DNA from: Phoronis australis
Lineage: Eukaryota; Animalia; Phoronida
Length of the DNA: 64,000 nucleotides
Assembly (NCBI GenBank): GCA_002633005.1
Contig: NMRA01000111.1
Span: 524,866 to 588,865, forward strand
Direction of reading: 5' to 3'
Shown here: one piece after another, positions 35,300-49,393 of the stretch
How positions within the stretch are numbered: position 1 is the stretch's first letter
Layout of the letters: every line of letters starts with the position of its first letter
The notes under the pieces: generated by a model
What the model saw: the letters and a program-made list of their open reading frames with translations, nothing else
Database searches by the model: none
What the model was told of the DNA's origin: nothing
Position numbers and translations under genes: made by a program

Positions 35300-37200
35300 C
35301 GAGTGTTATGAATAAGGTATGGAAACAGGGTTGAAAACGACTCTCGGGTCATAGACAAAACAGAGCATGAGTTAGACCTTAATATAATCATTGATGTCTT
35401 TGAGTGCTTGAGGGGCGAATGCAACCCTCACGTACCGGAGTTTTCTACGGAGCTACTCAGTCTGTCAGAGCTGCCACTTCTGAGTGGTAACTATTACCTT
35501 TTACTGAATTACGATTTAATTTCTAACTACTTTGGTGTCGAGCAACATGTATATGTCTCGAACTGTAAACCTATACACCCTGACTGTCAAACTCCAGTCT
35601 CTAATAGCGGAAATATTGATTTCATTTCTTCAAATGTCAAGTGTGTTTCTAAAAATGATGGATAATTGACAACCGATATCATTACGAGACACTGGTTATA
35701 AACTACTTATAAAAGTTCTTACAGCCCGTCTGAATAATATAACAAGGAAACTTGCCCAATCATGTCAACAGCTGTTCAAGGACAATGCATAGGTTACAAT
35801 ATGCAAATCCCTGAGCGTATTGTTTCATAAACAAATATTATTCATGGTCAGGGTCATATTCCGTTTTTAGACTTTTGCAAAGCATATGATACAATAAAAT
35901 GGAACTTTACATTCAAACATTAAATGCGTTTCAATTTGGGACAGGTTTTTACAAGATTTGTGCAGATAACTTATACTAAACCAATAGAATGTCATAACAA
36001 ATAGCTTCTCTACAGATTATTTTCCGATAGAGATGGGTGTGATTCTTTGTCAGATCCATTGTATTGCCTTGCTTTTGAAGTTATGGCCAATTACACACGA
36101 AATAGCAATTCAATAAAAAATAAAGTGAAAATTTTCTTGTATGCACATGATGCTACGTTATTTTTACAAGGTGAAAAGTATGTATAAATTGTCTAAAGTT
36201 TTTGAAACATTTTGGTCTGACCTACTGCTAAATATTGATTAGTGTGAAGGGTTAAACTTCGGCCTTAAGAAAGAATGTCCTGTCTCACTTAACGGCTTCA
36301 AGTGGACTGGCAAAGCAATCAAGAGGTAACTGGGAATATCTTCTAGTCATGATAAATAAGAAAGTGTTTCTTAAATTTTGAACTTAAAATTAAACCGATT
36401 AAAAAGTCTCTCATTGTCTTCAAAAGCCGCAATATTTCTTTGCTAGGCAGAATTGGTGTAGCAAATTGTTTGCGCATTAAAGACAGTCTACGTAATGAGA
36501 AACTCAGCAATTGATAGGGCAAATACAACTAAAGTAAACACTATAATATTTTTTTTCTTTTGCAAGATAACGTCCCCCGAATTGAAAAGGTGACTTTGAA
36601 ATCCTATGAAAATGATAGTTTGTCAGTTCCTGATGTAAATATTACGTTCAAGCCATTACCACTAAAATGGGTTATCCGGTGCTTGGATGTAAACAACTGG
36701 GCCCAGTTGTATAAAAGTTATACGCCGTATATCAACAATGACGTCGCATAATCACGCGTCACGTTGCTATTGTTGAACAATGCACTTGACGTCATGCAAC
36801 AATCAAGCTTATCCAGCGGATAACTTTTGGAGCTTTGTGCAACTCAGCCCTGAAGTTTTTAAAGTGTTTCCAAACTATGTTTTCAAATTATATGAGGGTA
36901 GTCTGATCTTTCAATCAAATCCTGCTGTTGTCTGTTGTTAATCTTGATGTCTTCTATCATGGCATCTTGATTGCTTGGGAAGAAATGATTGACTATTAAG
37001 GACATAACAATGGAAACCAAATGATGTGGAACAATAATACTGTTTGATTGATGGGAGGTCTTCTTCAAAATGCAGTTTTTATGAGGCAGGCATAATTTTT
37101 ATGACGGCTCTTTTGGATTTTGAAAACGAATTCTTGACCTAGGATGTATTGAAATAAAGATAACACTTTCAAACTGGATTAATTATGCTGCTTTGGGACG
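35300..37200 (+). mobile_element. Highly decayed L1/Tx1-type LINE ORF2 (reverse transcriptase) remnant
   Basis: Fragments FLDFAKAYDTIKWNF (~35863), LYCLAFEVMA, KIFLYAHDATLFL (YADD-like, ~36130), ISLLGRI, LKWVIRCL, with many stops and frameshifts. Boundaries approximate. Confidence 0.75.
36697..36852 (+). mobile_element. MITE family 3 (CTGGGCCCAGTTG.. TIR) inserted in the LINE remnant
   Basis: Imperfect TIR, AA/AA flanks; second copy at 49235-49393. Confidence 0.7.
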
Positions 37201-39312
37201 TGTAATTAAATTCAAACCTGAGCCTACCAGGTCTATGTAAAATAAGGTAACTACTCCGTTTTCCAGAAATATTTTGCTTACCAAAATTGATTCGCCTCCG
37301 GACATAGAATACAGCTTGATTGATATTTACCCTAGATAACAAACCCAGTCATTAATGTCGCGATAATTGATGTTTTTGAACTGTATGAAAGGGAAAAAAG
37401 ACCTGTTGTCCGACGAAAGTTTCACGAAAGGGGTCGAACGCGATTGGGATGATGTAAACTTGTGCGTTTATCGTTTTTTTTGGCTTTTGTACGGTTTACC
37501 TGAATGAGTAGTGTGCCTTAATTTCCTGCAGAAGTAAGGGATTACTTTGCAAATTGTTTTGTCGCTATGCTCGACCTTCAAAACATAGGTATAGACACTT
37601 ATTTTCCCTCAACATGATTATAGTCGTTGAGATATTTGCAAACTAACGACAATTCAGTAATGGCCGCACTAATTTGCATAAAAACACATACGCGGGACAT
37701 TTTATCGACTTGCTAACATTGATTTCCAATGTTTTCACAAAGATGCCTTCATAAAAAGCGCAACTTAGTTCATGTCCAGGGGTGCACGGGGGGCCATCTT
37801 CCGATTCAAATTGTAAGCTTTGTATGCATTGCGCTCACCATATTTCCTTTCCGTCCAATTTGAAATAGTCATGGCAGTACCAAAGATACTTAGATGAACC
37901 ACACCTCTTGGACTGACTAAATTCCTCAACACTGCGAAACAAAAGGTTTGGTACAGAACACACCTGTCAGTCGATATAGACTATATTTCATGCAACAGGC
38001 TTCCGGCCAAAGGTACAGAATATATAATGCATAAAATTGAATACTATTTCGTCCACCTTATCAAATCTAGGTAAAAGTGCACGTTAATTTGAATATATAT
38101 TACAGGTGTACACTCCAGAAGAAATTGTATTTCTTATTCCACTATTAAAGCAGTGACGTATCCCGGGCGCTCTTCTCTATCAATACCACTGTAATCTTGC
38201 CTTAGCTATAGATAAACTTAGTGCCATCCAGCAAATATTAAAATTTATTGATTAAAAATCTAAGCCAATTTCGGACTTTAAAAATAGCAGCCGGATATTC
38301 CCTAAGTACAATTGTCATGTAGGATGTTTTTGAAATGTTTTGAGGTTTTGAATTTCATGAATTATTTCATTGTTTGCATATCAGAACTCTCATCACGAGA
38401 AAAGCTGCCCCACATGAAAGTTTCTACAGTCTGGCAAGGTTCAGTTGATGATGTACACGCAGTTGCGGTGAAACGTTGTATAGAGTACAGGTTCTCGTCC
38501 GGTTGTTACACCAATATTGTACGTGGTATATAGCAGTAGGGGTGAGTGATTACATTTAACACCTCTGATATGGAGGTGTGGGCTAGATTCCTTGCGTATA
38601 CGTTTCTGCAGTCTGATTTAAAATACATTGTTTTAGCAATATATGAACTTACTTTTGGTCGTTGATTATTCAGACGTTTGACAATCAAATGGGCATTCTG
38701 GCCAAAAAGTGTTTTTTTTTTCAGAAATGATAAGTAGCTCGCCATCGAATCCACTAGCTCTGCAGTAGAATCTCAATGTATTGCCGCCGAGCCACGCGTA
38801 AACAAGCAGACTAAGAGTAAAGACACAAGCAAAATTATGGCAGACAACGGCGAAATTATGGCAGACAACGGCGAGAATTGGCGATTTGTAATCAAATCAC
38901 AAGAGCACAACGGATTTTGTTGTTTTTACAACTCTGGCCAAAGATAATAACTTCAACAAGTCTATCATGTCTAGCAGTAATCCCAAAATGCATTTTCCGG
39001 CTGTAAGACCGATAGTGTCTCTTTAATTTTTACATGTACTGATGATTTCCGCTGCTATATTTGACCGATCAGGCCGTAGGGCGTTCCCCTTAATGAAGGT
39101 GTGTTGTTGATATAGAAAATGGGACAGGTATGACAAAGGAATTATCAATGAAGAATAAGACAGATTGACAATTAATTGCCGATGTTTCAACAAGGCCGTT
39201 GTTGTTGTTTAAAACAGCTCACTTCTTATTACAATCATGGAACAAGACCTTCATCTCAAACAAAAATCCACCAAAACACATGCATGCTGTATACACTTGA
39301 TTCGTTTCAGGT

Positions 39313-39839
39313 CAAGGGGGAATCTACAATTGGTGGGACTTCAAAACCACTTCCCCGGACTTCAAAACCAGCTGGCTGGACTGCAAAACTCAATGGCCGG
39401 TGTTCTGACTTGCTGGTTGGACCTCAAAACAAGTTGGGCGTTACCTCAAAACCAGATGGCCGCATCCAAAAAACTGGCTGGCCGGACCTAAAACGGGTTG
39501 GCCGGTGCTCGAACACAATGGCCGAATAGCCGATTTTGAACAAAACAAACAAACGGGTACGAAAAATAAACACTAGATGTCAATTGAATACTTCGAGACA
39601 TTCAAAGCGAGTCTCTGAGGAAGTCCGACCGTCGCGTTTGATCACCCGCCAACTGGTTATAGCACCGGCCACCGTGTTTTGGGTCCAGCCAACTAGTTTT
39701 TTTGGGTGAGGCCATCGCGTTTTAAAGTCCGGACACCACGTTTGATCACCGACCATTTGGTTTTGCAGTCAATCTGACTGGTTTTTGAAGTCCGGTCAAG
39801 TGGTTTTCATGTCCGACCGACCAATTGTTAATCCCCCTG
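39313..39839. mobile_element. Foldback MITE with long imperfect TIRs built from ~22-bp subrepeats (GGACTTCAAAACCA..)
   Basis: CAAGGGGGAAT..ATCCCCCTG ends; arms of ~200 bp; TSD CAGGT/CAGGT. Confidence 0.8.
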
Positions 39840-42800
39840 CAGGTGATTTGGTAGCAATTTAGCATGAGCAATAGCATCTATACCTGGAGCACAAAAGAGC
39901 ATTACTTCAAGTATGGTTACTATTAGAGAGGCGTTTACTTTGTCAAATGGGTTTTAAACCAAAATCGATCGAATACAATGACTGCAGTTGGTGAAAAAAA
40001 CGTCGGAGAACTGAATCGTATACTCATTCATTGAACACACAGTTAAATGAAAAGGCAATTATGCAAACATCTGCTCGCAATTTATCAAAACAACGGTGAA
40101 CTGCAAAAAATAACTTTACTTAACAATCATGGATATTTACAATACAATCGATGGACACCACACCCAAACTAGGATTTAGAGTTACATTGTATACTGAAAA
40201 ACACAGCCTCAAACAACAATTCATTACACAAAGAATAGTACTGATTCAGGTACCACAGCTATATAGGCTTGCATGAACTTCTTATTACATGACACGTTCT
40301 TACACAAAATGTTTGTAATACAATTTGGTCAATTTAAAGTCCTTATGCATTTTCAAAAGATTGATATAATTAAAAAAACTCGAAATATATATAAATTATA
40401 CCGGCACAAAATTAAGCAATTTGTAACACGGTATAGTCATTGTATTTACCTCTTTTCCGTTACCAAACTAAATGCCTTTTTGAGCACAATTTTGTACATC
40501 CGCCGAGATCAGAAAATCATCGACTATTCCCGTCTATCTCCGTGACCTGAGTTCCTTGTGCACCAGTTGAGGAACTATTCCTGAATGAGTTACGGATGAA
40601 CGGCAATTACCGATTCATCACAGATAGTCACGGCATCGATAACTCGGCCACTGCCGTTCATACGTAACTCATCGGATAATTCCGTACGTTGCGCGTGAGA
40701 CCAAGGAGTTGCTCCGGACGAGCTTTTTGGGAAAATTTTTGTGCTTTGACCGCGAATTTCTTGCGAACTCGGTGGAGCAGGACACCGTAAATGGCCATTG
40801 GGAGAAAGAACAATTCCTCATGATTTGTTAAACGTCTGTTTTGTGTAAATTTATTGAGTTTTGTGTTTGTTATGGACGGTTGAGGTGAAGCATTCGTGGA
40901 ATTTCTAGTCCGAAGTGTCATACCTTGTATTATTATATAGTGTATTGGGGACGATCAGAAGCTGAGGACGCCTGTGTGTAGCCGTGCCATATTGAAATTC
41001 ATGAATCCGCCAGAGGGCGATCAGGTCTTTGGTACACAAGCGCTCACCGCTACCTAGAGATCCCATATAACTTGCGGGCGGGAAGTTTCCACCTACTAGT
41101 ATTAAAGTGTTTTAATTACACCTTTCTTGCCATTATAATGCTGACAGGCAACATTCCACTGCTGTGGGGTGGGATGCATTTAATGCCTTGTCTTACGAAA
41201 AAGGCAAACCTTTTGAAACATTAATGGGTGAAAAAGGACAATGACATCGTGTTCCACGCCTACATTTCCCACTGCGAAGCGGAAATATCGTCCGCGACAA
41301 AGCCACCAGCTACTGCTGATAAAGCGGGAAAATTTCGATCTCATACGGTGTCAAAAAGCTAAAATAAATTCGTGAACTTTAACTAGTCAAACAATGGGAG
41401 GGCCTGACAGTGGAATTTATTCCTCTTCATTTAAATTAATGAACCAGCGTGTAGCAATTTAACTTCTGTCCACCAATGAGTCGGGATCAATCGGTAGTCA
41501 CTTTTGTGCTCTCACTACGTTAAACAGCGCCAATATGGAAAGTTTCCTAATAGGGGGCCGTGTGACTACCGACAGCGCATTTCGTAACTTGGCAGCAAAT
41601 CGGCACCGGCTTTACAGCCCTTTAAAAATGCAATGTGGAAAGAAAAAATATAAACACACCGCAATGTTTCAACAAACAAAGACATTTTTTCACCTCAAAA
41701 CTGTGCGCTCCTCACGTGAATTGGAATAAGGTGCAACTGTGCTTCATTTTGCTGCCCGGGCACGACAACCGGCGACGTTTCCCCAGCAATTGCCACGTGT
41801 CACTTCGCTGGGAAAATAATCACTTGCTAAGGTGGCTTCAATTTTTAATTATTAGACAAAACATATCTTGAAACGTGAAAAAATACAGTTGTCTAAAAAT
41901 AAATAATCTGCGATTGAAAATGCAATGCAAACGGGGGGAACCTGAGTGTAGTGAACTGTAGTCTATGAGGCGTGAATCTCGGCGATGCGAAAATATTGTA
42001 GTGCTAGGAGCATGACGCAGTATTTTTTATTCTCTTTGTCACACGAATTTCAGCTATTCAAGGCCCGAGGAGCTAATTAATGTGCTGCGGGATCACTACT
42101 GCTACGCCGCGAAGTAGTGATGTCCGCGGCCATGAGGCCGGGCTCCGATAGTAGCTTATTCGAACTCTTCAGGCTGAATGAAATTTTTTCCTCTTACTTT
42201 AAACTCATTAATACTAGTATTATACTATTTGGCAACATTCCAAGTTTTTTTTTCTGAAGTAGTTTCGCCAACAGTTGGTATTCAGTAAGAAATAGGCTGT
42301 CACTCATTGTTGGCCGTCAGCCGCCTAACAAAGTCGACAAAGACCACCGGTAATTAGTTGTTCCCTGTCTAACTTTATTTTCAATATTTTCACAAGTTGT
42401 CCAAATATTCTTACTGTACAGCTATTTTACTATCCACTGTAATTACGTAACACATGAACACGAGCAAAACAAAAATGCCCTGGCCATTGTCCCTGAACTG
42501 ATAATGAACAAATTTCTCTGCTCTACATGTTTAGCTGCGTCTTTCTTTTATCAGCTATAGGGCCACGTTGCAATATAGGTGGCGCTACACTACCGAGTGT
42601 AAGTTCCACAATATCCTCGCATTGGCATAAGAGTTTGGTGTATATCTCTGACATCTGGTTCTTGATTGGCCAGTCAAAGATGAAGTCAACCATTAGATTT
42701 AAATCAGCTGATCGAACACAAAATACATGTTTTTTACAACCCGGCTTAACTGGGGTAATTTGAGTTATTATCTAAATGATAAACGCCGGTTATGATCACC

Positions 42801-44179
42801 ATCCCCACTCATTACAATATCACACTTTGTTTTGGGAAACATTACAGTTGTGCCTCTCATTTTTCGTATCTCATCAAGGTTACTCATAAAGGAACAATGT
42901 ACACATGATTACTGAATCATTTGTCGCAGAAAATGAGAGAAATAAGAGACAATTTGAAATGTTTTTAAACAATAAAGTACGCATACAAACCCAGTGGCGG
43001 ATCTAGGACATCACAAGGGGGGGGGCCCAACGTTCTGTCCGGCTGTAAACGTTTGCGCAAACTGAACCACTATTGTAGATGCGCATAGCACCAAATGGGG
43101 GGAGGTCGGGAGGGGGGTTTGCCCCNCTCCTCTTATACTGTTTCATCACAATTATGGCCTTATTAAACAACTTACATTGTAGGCTATGTATGTGAATAGC
43201 TACTGTAGTGATTTAAACAGGAAATCCCTGCTCCTGTCTTCAGATGTGCTGAAGCCAACCAAAAGTATTATCTCCAATCAGTTAAAACAATTTAGGATAT
43301 ATATTTATATACATAGTTAATCAAAAAAGTACATACCTAAATTAGAAAATCTTATTCAAAATAATATTACACTAACAATGAACTCGAGGTCAACATTATG
43401 CAAGTCTCAGAGCTGATGTCACCTGTTTGGGTACTGTTGTCCGAATGAGCAGAGGTCAGCTTCAGCTGTTAGACAATATGTCACCACAAACAATTAGATG
43501 GACGCAATTAATAATAAACATTTGTTTATGCAACATGTTCCTCAAGACAATTAATAATGCCTGGATCTGTTTTAAAATATAGTGCAACAAGGAATTCACC
43601 TCATTGTGATACAAGTAAAACCTGGGGATTTTGTTGTTATTTCATCCTTCTGGTAAACCTTAAAATTACCTAAATTACCTTAATTGGTTTAACTTATGTC
43701 ACCATCAAGTTCAAACTAAAATATAAACACATTAATTAACAAGGTAACCTTTAGCTATGATCAAATTAAAAATGATGATAAAAGTTTCAGCAATTGTTCA
43801 TTGAAAATTTAAAAAGATGTCCGATTTCCTTTAATTACAGAGACGATTTGTTACATAATTAATTATAAATATTTTGACAAAGACATTTAAAAATGAAGTT
43901 CTGTAAAAGGTTAAACATTCTAGAGTTGACTTAATGCATATTCATATTAGTTTGACAGTTTTTCTCAGCTAGAGAAAACAAATAGACTTAATTTCCATTG
44001 AAAACATATATGCTCTATTAATTATGATTATGATAATTACCATCTTAAGTGTCAGGAAAATGACTTTTATGCTTTTAACTTGTTTTTAGAAGTTATCAAC
44101 ATTAATTTGATATCAAAATAAAGTATCCTGCTTATCACCTGAAACAGCAATGAAGCAGATACTTTGTGTCAAGTCATTT

Positions 44180-44360
44180 CAAAAAAATACCTATGTGACC
44201 TTTGACCTTGATTTGACCTTGACCATGACCCCAAATTTCGGGCAACCGACCCTCATGAGATTCAGCGTGTCCCAAAGTATCTGTGTACTAACTTTGGTGC
44301 TTTAATCCGGGGTGTAAATGTTTTGGGGTTTTTGGCTGCTAAGGGACCGGACTAAATGGC
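44180..44360 (+). repeat. TGACCT-motif-rich repeat end (Helentron/HINE-like interspersed repeat, tentative)
   Basis: GTGACCTTTGACCTTGATTTGACCTTGACCATGACC cluster ending ..CCGGACTA; classification from recalled resemblance only. Confidence 0.3.
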
Positions 44361-44630
44361 TTAAAAATTCAAGTTGTTTGAGAATAACTACGAAGAGTAT
44401 TCTGGAATTCTGTGAAGCCCTAGGAAAGGGCGATTTCTCCCGGAAGCTCCCTGAAAACGAGTCCCTTTTTGCAATCCACTCAGTGTGTGGGTGGGTATCC
44501 TGTAGTTTGCACCCCCGTTAAAAACATAGCCTAATGCCCCTCGGTTCTCTCTCACCGGGTTTTGTCCCATATTCAAGATCGTACAGGGCCTTGGTGACAG
44601 GCCACAATTTTTGTCGAGCTTTACGATACA

Positions 44631-44677
44631 AATAATAATAATAATAGTAATAATAATAATAACAATAATAATAATAT
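44631..44677. repeat. (AAT)n microsatellite
   Basis: Directly visible. Confidence 0.9.
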
Positions 44678-47600
44678 TGAAAGATGGCAAAATTTTCTTC
44701 TTCCTTCTTCCTTTTGAGAGATGGCCGCACAACTTAGGGCTCTCACCAGCGAATGCCGCCATACTGGTGTACATGGTGTGACGTCATCAACGATTGAGAG
44801 ACTGATAATGGTTTCAAAACCCGACAGATGTAGTACTTGATGTCCATCCTCTGTTTACGTTTGAGTCTGCTGTGAGTGTGGCCGACAGAATTTAATTAAC
44901 GCACAGCTTAGTCACAGTTCAACTTTAACTGCTCCGGAGACCAGTAGTTGCCAACTGAGCCGCCGAGACAGATAATTCTCAAAGGTAAGGTCTGCCTTGA
45001 GTCAAAACGCATTGTTTAATATCTTTGCGCATTTATTCACGGACGGTTTGAATATTTGTGTATGACTTGAGATTTGATAACTCCCTTGACACCGTGTAAT
45101 GCTTCCAGTAAATAATGCATTTCCATTGCCCTTGATCACTAACTGGCGATGAGAAATGAAAAGTTTCGAACTAGTATAACGTGATGACATCGACAGTTTT
45201 AATTGTGCACGATAGTTTTCCCGAATAAATCAGTGATAGTAGACTGAGGAAATTGTTTTTCGACGATCACTGTGTCACTCTAATGAACAACATTATTGTC
45301 GACCAAATGAAATTCAAGTGATGTCATTGTTTCCACAAGTTCACAGTTGACAAAAAAATTACGAATTTCTTCTCGAAATGCCGCCGGGCAACAACCCTTT
45401 CTTAAATGGAGGGACTGACTCACAATTATTGAAAAAAGCTGTGGATGTGGAATGCATTTAAATTGACGCGTTTTAAGCGATTGTTAACACATGAGTTTGA
45501 TTGAAGAACGTGCCTAAATGTAAAAAGGGTGATACAATTCGACTCTGATAAATTCTTTAAACGTGTGAAAATGGGACTCTGCATTTTACTGCATTTTGTT
45601 ACAACACCTTTTTAAAGGCAGAAACCAACATGAAGTCTGGTAAAGTTTCATTCCCAGTGAATCAGGTTTCGTTTCATCTGTTCAAAAACCTGTAATATTT
45701 AGGTCATTACTTTGAGTTAAATGGTAATATTAATCTTTTTTGGAGAAAGATGCTCCTAACTGGGGCAGACTAGATGAGCAATATTATTGAACAGACCATG
45801 TTCACGTCAGCTTAGGTCGCCAAGCGATATTATGAAAAACAAGATGTAAACTGGTAGCAGTTATGCTTGAGCTCTAAGATTTTGTTTTTCTCTTCGATTT
45901 CCTAGCGACAAACAAATAAATCATTTTCTTATCCGTTGGTAGGCTAGAGAATCGTTAAGACAAAGTTATGAGTAACTTCAAACTTTTCATATGCGTCTGT
46001 AAATTATAGCAATCGAGCAGTACTACGACAGAAGCTGGACTAAAGAAATTTCTCAAAGTTAACTCTGGATACACGTTATGTGCCTGGAACTTTAATGCCA
46101 CTACATTGTGGCTTGGGTTTTTGAGCATGAGCAAAGAGACGGAGACACAATAGCAATGTGAACGGTTACAGGAGATTCTTTTCCCACCTTTCTAGCTGGC
46201 TGTGTGCTGGAGGTTCGAGTACCCTGAAAGTGCGGGCGTTTCCGCCAGCACCGTTTTGTCGTCAGACCGCTTACTTCAAAAGACACACGCGCGTCTGGGT
46301 ACGAGGCCGTTGTTTATCGCTGCATTAATTAATTTGTGGCAGAAACTGAACGTGTTTTGATATCAATTTCGCGTAAAAGCGGTTCGGGTGGTAAGGAAAC
46401 AAACTAATTGCTGGCGAAAATTACCTCTTCGTCTGTATTACTAAAACGCTAGCGTTTTAGCCTGTGAAACCGGTAGCGTTTTCGCCACTCATATGAAGCT
46501 GGTTTCAGGCAGGTCCGACAATATTGATGGGGGAATGATAGATTGCCGGGTGTTAAACAAATTAAGCGAGTTAATTGAAAACATATGGACTCGATCAACT
46601 GTACAGTTTCATAACAAAAAAGTCTAAAGGAGCTCTGCTTCCCCCGCAGTTTATTTCGAGTGCGGCTAAATGTTGAATTTTCTTGCCATTTTCCTTTGCT
46701 TACGCCATAAATGATATAAAAATATTGGATTTTAAGCGAAAATCAACTAAATGGAAACGTGAATGCCATTCATTGCTACCTGCTGCGAATGAAAATGCAG
46801 ACACGTGGGAAATAAATAGGTAGGCGGATGCATTGCGTTTGGTGGGCGTTTTAAATTGGGATATCTACATGGTGTACCAATGAAAACTCATTGTCCTGGG
46901 GTCTAAGATCCGTACTGTGAAAACTCGACTCGAAATTCGACCAATGGGATGGAACGTTTCGAATAAACTTAAAAATTTCTAGTCCCGTACCGGTAACGCT
47001 CAAGAAGCTAGTTCTTTTGTTAAATTAATGTGGTTTAACTGTGGTCCAAAGCTACTAGGTCTGCACTCAAAAATGGAATATATGAACAGGGCAGTGGTAC
47101 ACACTATACCATTAGTTGACAAAATAGCGAAGATTTTCACGGGGAAGACACATTTCACTCACCTGAGAAGACAATAAGGCGATCGGAAGCGATTTGGGAC
47201 CTGATCAATGTAGAGTAGACACTAGGTGGCGGTACATTCTAATACTGCTGGTGCGTCTTACGATTTTCTGCAAAGTACGCTTCATAAAAGTAACGTCGCT
47301 ATATAAGTGTCATTTGAGCATGGAGGGGTATCTCAGGAGGAGCCTGTGGGCGTGATTTGTTGAGAAGCTTGTGGAGGTCCTGTATAATGGCCACCGTCTC
47401 TGAACCCGGTAGCACTGCTTGGGTAGAAACGCCAACCTGTCTGCAAATAAGTATTAACAGACACTGGAATACAGGTAGAAACGGTCGTTGAACAATTTGG
47501 AATAAATTTGCAAATCAAAACGTTTTAATGCGTTTGGTACTTCCTATGCCCTGTGAAGTAAAACATTGTAGGCGTGTTATTCATCATCAAATTGGACAAT

Positions 47601-49084
47601 TCTCAAAGCCTATTCATTCATGACCTGAGGGCGTCATTTTTAAAAAGGCAAGAAGCCATTTTTGATTACACCTTTACTAAAAGACTATCCTTTGCTGTCT
47701 TAGAGAGACAATTTCCGTGTCGATCTTAATTCCCTTGAAGTGCATTTATTGTGTTCCCTCGATAGAAGTGAATGCAGACGCAAGACAAGGGCCATCTGGT
47801 AGTCTGCCTTTCATATCACTCTCTCGACTGTTCCTTGGACAGAAAATACACGCCGCAACGGGAATAGAAATGTCATCGCGGAAAATATTTCTCCAAGATA
47901 ATCAAGGATACGCATTTTTAGTAAACGAAACACCAAACAGTAGCTTTCCCCGAGTTCACTACAAATGGCTTCAGCATGCAGGCACGACATTTGTACACTA
48001 GATTTGGCTACCGGATCTCCGTTGAGTGTCTCATTGACCAAGACCGTTAAATGAACTAACTTACATACTGCACCGATTCGCCACTCGCAAATGACATTTC
48101 AAGTTGGATTGCCGTTAAGTAGAGTAATTAAACGGCAACATTTTACAATTTGGGAGTACCAATTTTTGGTAAGGACATGGTATATTATCATTCAGATAAA
48201 TTTCTTAAATACTATTAATGTATAACATATAGCATACTTTTTCGAATTAGCAAACAGGAACACAAACGTCGATCAACCCGTGTTAAATTGACTTCAAGCT
48301 GGATAGGGGTTGTGCATTCCCTTCCAACTCATCCAAAGCCTCGAAAAAGTCCTTCTGAATCTAGACAAACCTTGTAGTTCTATTGTAGATATGCTACCGG
48401 TCAAGCATCACTGGATTTTCTTCTAGTGACCACGCGTTAGGCATTGACTTTTTATTCGAATGTTGGCCAAGCTCAGCGAGTGTTATTTTGTTGATACTTT
48501 CTAGCAACCATTTGCACGTTTTTCATAATAGTTTTTAAGCATAAAGTCATACTCTTTCTCTCCCAATTTTTTATAAGAGGCACTTTAAAGTAGACCATAT
48601 TTTACTTTGTTTTCTCTACACAATAAAGTCTCTGACTGGTGAAATTCGTTTAAGCACGAGCGTCGAATTACTTTCTGGTGAACGTGTTTACTTTTGTGAG
48701 TTCGCAATTATATTGGATTTATACTTAGCTATCCAATTATATTGGATTTATAATTAGCTATCCAATTTCTTGCAAATTCAAGTCAGGCTGCATGCTGACG
48801 CAGTTTCTTCATTAGCGACATGTATTACATCGAGTGGGAGTTGAACGACCACTCAGACTTCTCTTTGCAGGTGGTGTAAGCGGCCAAAAGGTAAAACTAA
48901 TTAACTTCTTCATACTGGATGAGATCAGAGCAGCTTACCAATCACTAATATCTGTTGAAATAAACAAAATGTGTTAACAAATATTAACCACGATTGTATT
49001 TATAGTTCTTATTTCCGTCGCTGGTGTTTTTTTATAAAGCAAAGCTTGAGACGTCACTCATTTGCTATCACAGTAGTGACACTC

Positions 49085-49393
49085 CAGGCGTGCGTTCAGT
49101 AACGCTAGGACCTACGCTAGGTCGTAGCTAAAATCTAGCCAGAGTCACATGTTCTCATTTGAAATACACGGCAATATCTCACGTAATCTCGCGAAGTCTT
49201 GCTTTTTAGCGAGGTCCTAGCGTTACTGAACTGGCAGGATCAAGTTGCATGCATAAAAATTATACGCCGTATATCAACAATGACGTCTCGTTATCACGCG
49301 TCGTGTTGTTATTGTTAAACACCGCACCTGACGTCATGTAACAATTAAACTTATCCAGAGGATAATTTTGAAGTTTTACGCAACCCAGCCCAG
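49085..49393. mobile_element. Two abutting MITEs: GTTCAGTAACGCTAGGACCT-TIR element (~49085-49234) and family 3 copy (49235-49393)
   Basis: Perfect 20-bp inverted repeat 49094/49231; the second part matches 36697-36852. Confidence 0.7.

Noticed and set aside
40590-40680. Polinton polB-like peptide (NGSGRVIDAV) on the minus strand
   Set aside because: Falls in a DNA palindrome, is bounded by stops and has no further polB motifs.
47163-47310. Possible minus-strand first exon (TATA-like, ATG, CAG|GTGAGT donor)
   Set aside because: In-frame stop before the donor and no partner exon identified; unsupported.
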